Shown here: in pieces, positions 41,901-54,100 of the stretch
Position numbering within the stretch: the first letter of the stretch is position 1
How the letters are laid out: every line of letters starts with the position of its first letter
DNA from: Octopus sinensis
Lineage: Eukaryota
Direction of reading: 5' to 3'
NCBI RefSeq assembly: GCF_006345805.1
Contig: NC_042998.1
Location: 107,694,001 to 107,758,000 of the forward strand
Length of the DNA: 64,000 nucleotides
The notes under the pieces: generated by a model
Told to the model about the DNA's origin: nothing
Seen by the model: only the letters and a program-made list of their open reading frames with translations
Databases searched by the model: none
Program-made: the position numbers and the translations under genes

Positions 41901-44900
41901 TAAAAATAGATGAAATGCCCCAAAGCATTTTGCCTGGCATGCTACCAATTCTGCCAGCTTACCACCTTTTTTAATACTGTAATATAAGATACATTGATTA
42001 AGTTACTGAAAACTTTCCTAGACTTACAGTAAATACGTTTCATATCTGAGATAAGACTTTCCTGTTGAATTATCTGCCAGTAGATTTGCTGTTTCTATTG
42101 GAGAAGAATGAAATTTTGGAGAATCACTTTCTTCAATGGAACTCACAAACTTTAGCAAAAATACCAAGGATCTGAGGATAATTTTCTCCACTGCATGATA
42201 TAACTTCTCTCTGTAATATGCTGGGAAAATAAAATAAAATGAAAGAAAAGATAAGGGTCAACAAGGGAGAATCTACATAGTGGTCTGACCTGATGGAAAT
42301 AAAAATCAAATCATCTTTGAATCATACAGTCACCATCTTAAAATGAAGGCCATGTTACTTTATGTTTGTAGCTATGGATTCATGTTTCTAGGTGATTGAT
42401 GTAGGGTTAGAATAGATACACAACTGAGCCTGGGGAACAGTGGGAGAATGTGGGTGTGAATGTGCATGTAAGGCTGTGAATATATTTTGTGAAACTGTGC
42501 ATGAGTTGTGTAGATAGAATGCTTGGTAGTATGTCAGTAAGAAAAAATTGAAGGTTGTGTTAAAGTATGAAGAATTTATGAAAATAGAATTATTTATTTA
42601 CATTATAAAACCTTTATTTATGGTCTAAAAGTATGTTAAAATATTTTGTTTCTGTTCTATATATTTATGCCTAAGTCTAAGCGAGAAAGAAGAGATATAT
42701 GATAGATATGCATGTTGGCAAGTTATTAAGAGAAAGTGATGTGTGAAAGATGGGTTGATATAACGTGGACAAGCGATATATTCCCCAGATGCAATTAAGA
42801 TTATCTCTAATAAGTGATTGAATCATAGAATTGTATATCTATATTCAATAGACAAATTTTAGAAGCTCTGAATGTGTTAGTATTTCACAGTAAAGTTTGA
42901 ATGCAGTATAGCTGTGAAAACAGCAAAGAAAGATTAGGCATTTACCCCTAGAAGATGGAATAAAGTTGCCAGCAGGTAGCTACAAGGAGTCAAACCCCAC
43001 ACTCCTCAGATACTGGCTGATTGCCCTCCACCCCAAAGGAAATGATGGATATTCTTGAATTTCCTGGTCCAAAATCCAAAGCAGTTTTTTGATATTTATC
43101 AATATTTTGATAGATATCAAAATATTGATATAGTTGCCATTAGATGTGATTGGTTGTAATATATGACTGTAAGCATATTGATTATCTCCACAAGCAGTTT
43201 AATACTTGTTGTTATAAAATTACCAAATATGTTAATATTAGTTAAACATGTGAATCTAAATCTAAATTGAGATTGATTTTAAAAAGCAATCTGATACATA
43301 CATACAGGGAGATGAACCATCCTTGCAGTACACTGATGAGGAAAATTCAGGTGCTATATGTCATATTACTCTACTTTACATAGACCAGGTGCCACGAGAA
43401 GTAATTCTTTAGTCAACATTATATTATTTCTTAAAGGTGCTGAATATTTTGTGTATAAATGAGCAATAAAGAATGAAATCAAATGCTTTGCTGATGTTGG
43501 GAGTAGTTTGGGTTTTACATGTAAATTTTTTGTTCCTGTTCATGTATTTTCTGTGTAGCATTTGTTAGTATAGTGGTTAAATGTGGTGGTTTGAATTTGT
43601 GTTGTGATTTGGAGAGAGAGGAATGTGTAAGTCAGTGACATCAAAAATGAATCAATGAATCTTTCTAAACTTTTGAGGTGTGCACAGATGGTTGTTGGGA
43701 GTTTGTGATGTTACTTCATTTAAGTTGTAAAATTGGGATTTTGCTCAGGCACCAAATTCTAAATAGCTGAAGCCTAATAAGTTGTGTTACTGACCACTCA
43801 AAGCTATTTGACAGATTGAATTCAACCAAATTTATACAAAATACATATACACAATAACAGTGTATAATAGCTATGTAAAAAGCATCTGTGCATACTGTGT
43901 AAAATTATTAGCATTAGGAAGGGCTGTAGAAACCATGCCAAAAGAGACAAATGGAGCCTGGCGCAGCTTTTCAGCTTGCCAGCTACAGTCAAGCTGTCCA
44001 ACATAGGCTAGCATGAAAAACAGACGTTAAATGATAATGATGATGAACAGTAAAATGAACAGTAATTGGATACAATGATATAAATATGTTTTATGTTAGA
44101 TGTTTTTTGTAAATTGATGACAGATCAAGAAGTAACTGGATATCAAAGAAGATATTGGTTGAGAATTACATATATTACGGTTCAGCAAAAGAGACCAATA
44201 GTATAAGTACTAGGCTTTAAAAAAAATAAGTACTGGGTTCAAATTGTGTTACTAAAACCCTCCAATGTGGTGCTCGAGCATGGTCGCAGTCAAATGACTG
44301 AAAGAATAAAAGAATTACATAGCAGGTCTGTGTCTCAAATTGAATCTGGATTATTTTTTCAATTAGAAAATATTAGTAAACAACAAAACAGGATTTTCAA
44401 ACAGAGATGATATCAGGAAAAACCTAACCAATGATGTCTAACAATTGCATGTCAAATTCTTTGAATAACATCAACAAAAACTGACCAATGGTTTTCTTTG
44501 TAAACATGTGAAAATCTTTGGAATTTGGTGAAAGCAACTCACAGATGTGATGATGTCAATACAAATCTGTCCAATCAGATTTGTTGTTGATAATCAAGTA
44601 TTGCTGATATAAAGTAAACAGACTTGAACTGATCAGGCATTCAGTATACAGTGAGCAGATGTCTGCTGGCCAGTTTGGGAGATAAGCTGCTATTGACAAG
44701 TAAAGACAAAAGCTGATAGAGTTGTGAGAGACAAAGTATAACTGCAAACAAAATTCTTCTATCATGCAAATAATTTTGACTGTTTTTGTTGTGACTACCT
44801 GACTGTCAACCAATATGTATACTAATATGTGGTCTGATCAATAAGTATCTGGACTATTGCTACAGTAACAAAGTGAAGCCACTTGGCACAGATTGACCTT

Positions 44901-47900
44901 GAACTCTAATGTGCATGCACACTCAGTTTTAACACTCTAGCTCACTTCCCCTGTTTACAGCAGTGCTTTGAAGGAAAGTGTGTAGTGTGTGATCGTTGCA
45001 TTGAGCATGACAGAGAAGGTTGAGCAGAGAATCTGCATCAAATTTTGCCAAAAGCTTGGTGATACCGGTTCAGAGGCCTATGCAAAGTTTACAGAAAGTT
45101 TTGATTCTTCTCAACACAATCTAGGAGATCTTGTGCAACTGAAATTCGAGTGCCTTTTTGGTCAGCTGAAAGTAGTTTTGGCACAAACTTGGCAGATGTG
45201 TGACTCATACCCAAATCTTCAGTGATAATGGACTGAACTGAACCATAACTAATCTCCACATCATCTGATAACTTATGATGGTGATTCAACGATTTCCTCT
45301 CACAGCTGCTTGCACATCTGTGATGTTTTTCACAATTCTGCTGGTTGTGGGTCTCCCAGAATGTTTATTAAAAGACAGTTTTTCGGCCATCTCGGAAATG
45401 TCTGAACCACTCATACACTCATGTGTGGCTCATACACTTTTCTCCATACACTTTCTGCAACTTTGCATTGGCATCTGAGCAGGTATTGCCATGACAACTT
45501 TCTCTGCCATGGTCAAAGTGACGATCACATGCTACACACCTTCTTTCTAAGCACTACTGTAAACAGCAGAAGTGAGCTAGATCATTAAAACTTAGTGCAC
45601 ATGCACAGCAGAGTTCAAGGTTAATCTTTGCGAATCAGCTTCTCTCTGGGTGCTTTAGCTTTGTTATTATGGCAACAGTCAGGATATTTATCGATTAGTC
45701 CTTGTACAAGCTAACCACTCCAGTATATTCACATTTATCACACAGAAAAATTTCTCTTTAACTAAAACAATACACCTATAAGATGTGAAATAAGTGCTGT
45801 TTTCTTTTCCTTTTCAACTTCTACTTGACCACCATGTTTGTATTTCTTTCTGAAGTGTCAATAAATGTATGATGATGAACTGATTTTGATTTGTTTTCAT
45901 GTAACCAACTTAGACTTATTATACTATAGTCATACACACACATGTATGTAAGGATGGGAGAGAGATGAATAGATGATGAAAGGTCCAATGAAATTAGTGT
46001 TGTGACACTCTAGTAGATCTTACTGACATTATACAGCTTTTACAGGGCCTGCAAAAGTCATAGATATAGTCTCTTCTTCCAAACAAAGGGAATAATAAAT
46101 ATGAATGGAGGGAAGAGGGTCACTTGGGATGATGTATTTCATCAGACCTTAGAATGAGAAGAAATAACTGACAAGTGAAGGGAAATGCCCAATTTTACAA
46201 TCCATTTTTATGTCAACATGGAAAGTAAAATGATGACAATGAATCCAATCATGATGATAGTAATGATAAAGATTATTGTTTAACCCTTGACCACCTGTGA
46301 TTAAACACACTAATGACCAAAGACGCAACCATCTCATCTCTTGTTCAGGCAGTGCATCTAGACCCACATTATCCAATGTGCCCTATATGTTTTAAGAGTA
46401 TTATTTGAAGAAGATATGGCTGCTATACCTATTGAGTAATTATGTAAAGGCTTCTTCAATGGATCATTGATAGTAAACATAATACTGGTGGCAGTGATGG
46501 CAATGACACTGACAACAATGGTGATGTTCTTATATGATAGTGGTGTTTGTCATGATTATAGTAATGATGATATTAACCACTGGTGGTGATTGTTTATAGA
46601 GTTGGATATTTGTGTCTACCACTGACAGAAATAGATTATGTAGGATAAAGTGATAGCAGAACTATTTCTATCGAAATCAGATACGTCACTACAAGCGTCT
46701 AATTCTTATAATTTTTGCAGGAAATCTAAATATATTTGAAGAGTAAAGAATTGAATATAAATTCTCAAACAGAAATATTTAAACATTATTCATATATAAC
46801 TGTTATTGATTTAGTTTTACAGAGAAAAAAAATAAACACTAATTTCTCAAGAGATAAGTGATAGTCTGTCTCAGGGAAAATCAGTTCAATATAATTACAC
46901 TCCTCTTCTCCATTACAACACAAACTTATTCTGACATATTTTATTGAACTACTCACAGAAAATCTATTATATTCATTCTATAATCAATACTTACCAATTA
47001 TCTTCTTTGATAAATGATTCTTGTCTTTCTCTAATATCTCATTAATTTCAGCATCCACTTTGTCTTCTGCTGTACCCTTTGACCCATATTTTGGACTAAT
47101 CTGTGTACAAAAGGGTTTTGAAATAACTTGAACATAAAAAAGGAAACTTTGCTTGGGTTATATAATTACAAGCTATTGAAATGTAAAATCTAAAGCAAAG
47201 GATGAAAAAAGATGAATTATAACAGAACCAAAATGAAATATATTTTGTAAATTTGTAGGAAAACCAAATAAAAATGGTAAATATTCAAATATTTTTTGTG
47301 TATGAAGACCATTTTTGTAGAAGCGTACAATTCTCTCTTTCTAATGAACTATGGACAATGACTTCTTCTTAGTGAAATGTTTTCAACACATAGCTTTCCT
47401 TCCTCTCTCTGTGACAAAATATTTTTCTTTTTCCATAATGTATATAATGTAATGCAATTAATAGACCCTTAAATACTTCATACTGAAGACAAAATTAAAT
47501 TGAAATAGGAGCAATACAGGAATATGGGAGACTCTATAAATGAAAATGAAAAATGAAAAGAAAACTGAATTAAATAAATTAAAGTCATATCTGATATGAT
47601 ATATTTCATTCCATTAAATGTAAGTTGACTTGAATGGAAAAAAAAAATTGTCTCTTGCAATAGTAAAGAACATCAAATGAAATGATAGTTTACAATACTA
47701 CAAAACATTCTGTTCCCACTGAACATTTTTGATTTCTGCTCATTATTGAACAATATTTGACATGAACATATGTGACTGAGTAACTTGCTACCCTAACCTG
47801 TATGAAGGAGCACATATTCAGTTCCTTTATTATTAAAAGAGATTTGGTCATAGTTTCTCAGCAATGTTGGCCACTAGATTATTTGGCTATGTCCATTTGG

Positions 47901-50900
47901 TTAAATTAGTGTTAACATAGTTAATAAATATGAACATAAAATAGGAGAATTTCTCTTCATTGTACGACAACAGACTATCAAAATATGTCTAGTGTAAAAG
48001 ATTACAATGGATAAATCTAGAAGAGAATTGGAGGGATTTTTGATTTAGAAAAAAGATGTGATTTTTTTTAATGTAAAAAGCTAACTGAAATTAATTAGGT
48101 TGCTTAATGATGTGGTCATTAGCCCAACACATTAACTTTACACACATATTTTCCATATTTGTCTCTATGTATGTATCTCCTTATTTAGCTATCAATTAAT
48201 TATTTAGCTATCAAATTAATTAAAAGAAACAAACAATATTATTAGTCAATGATTAATATTATGAGGGCGAGTCAGAAAGTAATGCAATTTTTATTTGCAT
48301 TATTTTCTGACTTAACCTCATATTTTCATTTTTTAGAAAAGTAGTGAAAACTCAAGACATGTTTATTAGAACAATATAAGCAAAGTATAGACTTCACAAT
48401 ATTTGTTAAAGTAGAGATGAAAAAAATTAAGGTTGTACGTTGTTTAGAGAATAAGTAATTCAAAAATTTCTTTTCTAATAGACATAATGTGTATGCATGC
48501 TGCCTTCACCAGAAATTTGTACATATATATATTTGAGAAGGAGAGATATAGACAGAGAGTAAATTTGTGCATGATGTGGTCATTAGCCCAACACATTAAC
48601 TTTACACACATTTTCCATATTTGTCTCTATGTATGTATCTCCTTATTTAGCTATCAATTTCTGTGTATCAAAGACAGGAATAAAAATTAATGTACTTTGA
48701 TATACTTCTTGATACCTTCTGAGAAAAACATTACATGAAAAAAAACTGTAAAATATTACAGTACAAGGATCTTGAAATGGAAATATGACATTTGGTATGA
48801 GGACAAAATAAGATATTTGATATGAGGACAAAACTGGTACCAATAATAACTAGGCACAATAGGCACAATATATGATAAAGAACATGAAGGAAACCATAAA
48901 AACTGTATCAGGGTTTCACAGACAATCTAAAAATTAGCCCAGCTAAGTACAGCCCATCTCTTATGCAACTAGACACATTCAACATGATAGCACAACATAC
49001 AAGTCTACACATCTAACAAACAAAACACTAAAATAACACCCGAGACAACAAACAAAACTCCACAACAAATTAGTTGCAACATATAGACACCATATTGCAC
49101 CCCCAAAATACAATAGTACACAAACCTGGAAACATGGAGGTGTGCTCAGCTGATGTAACAAATGCTCGCATGAAACTGTTAAAACATATAATAATATTAA
49201 TAATGATTTCTAAACTATGCAGATGGCCACAAAGTTTGGGGAAGGGATATATTAGGCTATATCAACTACAATACTTATTTTATTGACCTTGAAAGAATGA
49301 AAGACAAAATCAGTAAGAAACATTTCTAAGTGAATTTTCTTTAACGATATTTTACATTTATAAAAGAAATATTTCTAATGAAATGACTTACTCTTGTTGC
49401 AGTCACTATATCTAAGATGTCTTGTATTGCATTCTGCATTGTGTGAATATGATTATTCAGAGAATCAATTTGAAACTCAATGGACATGGTCATGGTTTTC
49501 TGAATATCTTCATAATGCTGAAATATTAATGAAAAATTCATTAAAATTCAATATCGTGGAGAGTTGTTTACCTAAATTTTCGTGAGTATATCTTATTACT
49601 AATGATGGATGGATTTTTATAAATTAATGTACTCTCTTCAGTTCTTTTTTTCATAAAACAATCTAAATTATAACTCCCAACAGTCTAGGTTATAAATTAT
49701 AACCATCTAAATTATAACCCCCAAAACCTCAATAGCTTAGGTTATAAACCATGAAAACCTAGATTATAACTCAATATTGATTATAACCTCAGCAACACTC
49801 ATTATAGTCCAAACAACTTTGTATACTTCCACTGACTTAAATTTTAGATTCCATAACCTAGATTTAATTCCAGAGACAAACATTGGTATTTGGTTCAAAG
49901 GTTCACTTTGCAATCATGGGATTTTGATTTCAATCCCATTGTGTATCACCATAGGCAAGTACTTTTAACCTATCCTCAAGTTAGCCAATACCTTGTTAGT
50001 GGAATTTTGTAGCAGGTACTGTACAGAAGCCTGTTGTGGTGTGTGTGTGTTTGTGTGTATGCTGACACATGCATACATGTATGCATACACACACATATAC
50101 ACTGAACCACAAAGGAAACACCATTTTTTCAAATGTCATTTTTATATGGTAAATTCTGAAAATTTATTTTGGGGATGTAAGCGTAAATATTCCAAGACAT
50201 GTTGGTTATGGCCTGTTTAAAATTTGTTTATGAACATAAAGATAGGCCTGATACATTCTGGGAAAATGTTCTATGGACAGACGAGTCAAAAATTGAATTG
50301 TTTGGAAGAAATTTGCGTAGCCATGTTTGGATGAAAGATGGTACTGCCTATTCGCCGAAAAACATAATTCCTACCATAAAGTTTAGAGGTGGCAACATCA
50401 TGGTGTGGGGGTGTTTATCTGCAAATGGTACTGGCAATTTACATGTGATAGATGGTAGAATGAATGCAGAAATGTACCAAAATATTTTGAACAATAATTT
50501 ATGGGACTCTGTAGAAAAGCTCCAGCTTTGTGAAGGGTGGGATTTATAACAGGATAATGAACCTAAGCACACAGTGAAGTCTACCAAAAAATGGATAGTT
50601 GATCACAATATAAAATTATTAGAATGAACCCCAGGGAAAATTTGTGGCGTTATTTGAAAATTAAAATTCATTCAAGAGCCCCAACGTGCATTGCAGATTT
50701 GAAGAAAATTTGTCAAGGAGAATGGGAAAAAATTCCTAAAGAAACATGCGAGTCATTGATTAAAAACTACAAGAAGAGATTGGTTGAAGTGGAACTGAAT
50801 AATGGTTATGCTACGAAGTATTAAATCAGAATTATCAGTTATTTATGTTCTGTATGAATACTTTTTTCACCCCTAAATATTTATAATTGTATATAAATTC

Positions 50901-51050
50901 CTTAGTAACTATAATTTATTAGTTTCTTTTGCATATTGTTAGTTTATGCATGTGTATGCAAATATAGTATTGGTATATCCCATTTATGTTCATTAGAAAT
51001 TAGATAAATAAAGAATTTTGACATGTACAAATATTTATTTCCCCCCACTG

Positions 51051-51115
<65 letters not shown>

Positions 51116-54100
51116 ACATGGCTCAGTGTGTGTTGTGTTCTTGAGCAAGATACTTTATTTCACGTTGCTCCAGTTCACTCAGCTGTAGAAATGAGTTGTG
51201 ATGTCACAGGTGCCAAGCTGTATCGGTTATTGCCTTTCCCTTGGATAACACTGGTGGCATGGAGAGGGGAGGCTGGTATGCATGGGTGACTGCTGGTCTT
51301 CTATAAACAACCTTGCCCAGACTTGTGCCTGGGAGGGTAACTTTCTAGGTGCAATCCCTTGGTCTGTGTAGTGACTGAAGGGAGTCTCAGAATATATATA
51401 TAACTTGCTGGGTATTTTATAAATCAAGTCTTTTGAAATTTTTACCTTAATTTACAGATGTTCCTCCTATCCTTTTCATAACTAAAAATACAGTGCACTA
51501 CTTTGAAACCTGGAAGTAATGATGCTATTGTTCACAATTGTGACAAAAAAATTAAAATAAATCCTGAACTATTATCATAATCACAAACAAATAGACCCTA
51601 ACTACCAGGACTATAACTCCAGTAATATGGATTATAACACTGACATACAAGTTTTTAACACCAAAATATTAAGATTATAAAACCAATAACTATTATTTTT
51701 GGGGGGATCCAATATAATTTATGTTGACTTACTTGATGCTTGAGAGTACACTCATCCATTGAGAATAAAGACATGTCTTCTATCTGCTCAATAACTTCAT
51801 CAATTTGGTTATAAATAATTTTATGGACACCATGTGTCATGTCCCTAAGTTTGTAGCCAGCAGATCGTATTGTGCACAAAAATGCATCTGAAGGAGACGA
51901 ACAGAGAAAAGAAAAAATGTTTCAAAAACTGAGGAAAAAGGATATGTGCATTTCTTCATTGTTCACAGCTAGTATTTAGATTTAACTAAACACTTATGTC
52001 ATATAGTGCTAGCGAGAGAAAAGGAATGCAATTAATGTAAAACATTGTTGGGCCTTATGGAAGCAATGACCGAGACCTTTGGCATTATGTTGTGCTTGAG
52101 AAGATCCATCAAATCGAGCAAAATCACAGTCACAGCAGATATTGGTGTCATGCAAATGGTACCCATTACACTCTTGGAGTGGTTGGCATTAGGAAGGGCA
52201 TCCAACTGTAGAAAACCATGCCAAATCAGACTGGAGTCTGGTGCAGCCACCCAGCTTACCAGCCCTGGTCAAACTGCCCAACCCATGCCAGCATGGACAA
52301 CGGATGTAAAATGATGATGATGATTACACTAGCTAGGAGAAAGAAGGTTCTTAACTTCAGTAAAACAGAGACATAAATTATATACACACACAAAATTATA
52401 TTAAAGAGATTGAGTTTAATCTTTTATTGTTAAAGATTTTTTTAATATATTTCCTTAGTCATGTATCCCTACACCCACACACACACATCTTGTGGAAACC
52501 AGAAAATTTTGATGATGGCAAATTTAAATTGGAAATGAAATATATTTTTGTGGTCATGAAACAAAACAAAAGAAAAAGCAAAATACAAAAGCAAAAACGA
52601 AACAAAGACCAATAATAATATTCAAAAATGCATACCAATATTCAAGCTATTCCAAGATAAAGAGCTAAGTCCTGGCTGGAATTCTCTTGACATTTGGCAA
52701 TAATGTTCTTTGAATAACTGTTGCCAAATTTTAGGCAAAATGCCTTTTGTTTCATCGAATTCGTGAATACACAATTCCAAATGCATTTTATAATTCTTTA
52801 ATTTGTCCTCTTGCAGAAGAATTGCTTTAGCATTTTTTGGTATTGGAACTCCCATTTTAACCATTGATTTTGTCTCTTCAATAGCAATTAGTAACCTGTC
52901 AATATATATTTTTCATTGATTAGAGATAAATTTCATCATTGAAATCGTAGCAATTATTTCATGAATGTTTCATGATCAGTTTTCCATCACCTGCTTTAAA
53001 ACTTATTTTGTTTTGTTACAAACATCATGGTTTGGTCGCACTTTATTCTACCAAAGTCATTAATTTCACTAACCAATTAACAACTAGGATTACTTTATTA
53101 AGCCTCATAATCTAAAATGATCTCATGTGTTGACTACATATCTATAACATTATCCAAATAGCATCACAGAGGTTAGATTTCTTTGGAATCACTACCAGAA
53201 CTAGAGGTGTGGAAGCAAGGTCTAGAATTGAGGAACCTTAGAGTTAACCTAGCAAAAACCAACGTATTAGTAAGCAGGAAGGTGAACAAATCACAAATCC
53301 CTTCAGATAGATAGCCCTGCTTGATCTGTAGAAAAGGCATAAGTAGGAATTCCATAAGATGTACCCAGTGTAAGCTGTGGACACATAGGAGGTGCAGCAA
53401 TATCAAAGGAAGTTTTAATAAGGAATAATGTTTTTATGTGTGGAAGGTGCACAGGTACAATAACCACCAAAAATGTACAGAAAATAGATTCCATCACATG
53501 TCAAGGGAGAAAACTAGAAGTAGCTGATAGCTTCCATTACCTAGATAACCAAGTCAGACATTGGGGTGGGTTTTCTGAGAGTGTAGCTGCTAGAATAAAA
53601 ATAGCCTGGGCAAAGTTCAGGGAGCTCCTACTTCTGCTGGTGACAAAGAGCCTCTCGCTCAGAGTAAAAGGTAGACTGTATGACACGTGTGCGAATAGCT
53701 ATTCTACATGGCAGAGAAACATGGGCCGGGACTGCTGAGGATTGCGTAAGCTTGCAAGAAATAAAGCTAGTATGCTCCGCTGGATGTGTAATGTCAGTGT
53801 GCATACACAACAGAGTGTAAGCACCTTGAGAGAAAAGTTGGACATAATAAGCATCAGATGTGGTGTGCAAGAGAGACGACTGTGCTAGCATGGTTGTGTG
53901 ATGCGTATAGATGAGGACAGCTATGTGAAGAGGTGCTAGACTTTAACAGTGGAAGAGGAGATTCAGGAAGACATGGGATGAGGTGGTGAAGCATGATCTT
54001 CAAATGTAGGGCCTCACAGAGGCAATGACAAGTGACCGAGACCATTGGAGATATGCTGTGCTTGAGAAGACCTGTCAAGCCAAGAGAGATCATAGTCATG

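Noticed and set aside
43320-43400. ctgatgag motif suggesting a hammerhead ribozyme
   Set aside because: No stem II followed by GAAA and a cleavage triplet in the required arrangement
44543-44788. Exon-like segment in intron K-L with AG and GT ends (ORF 44556-44813)
   Set aside because: All three frames contain stops between the candidate splice sites, there is no dynein similarity, and K splices to L in phase without it
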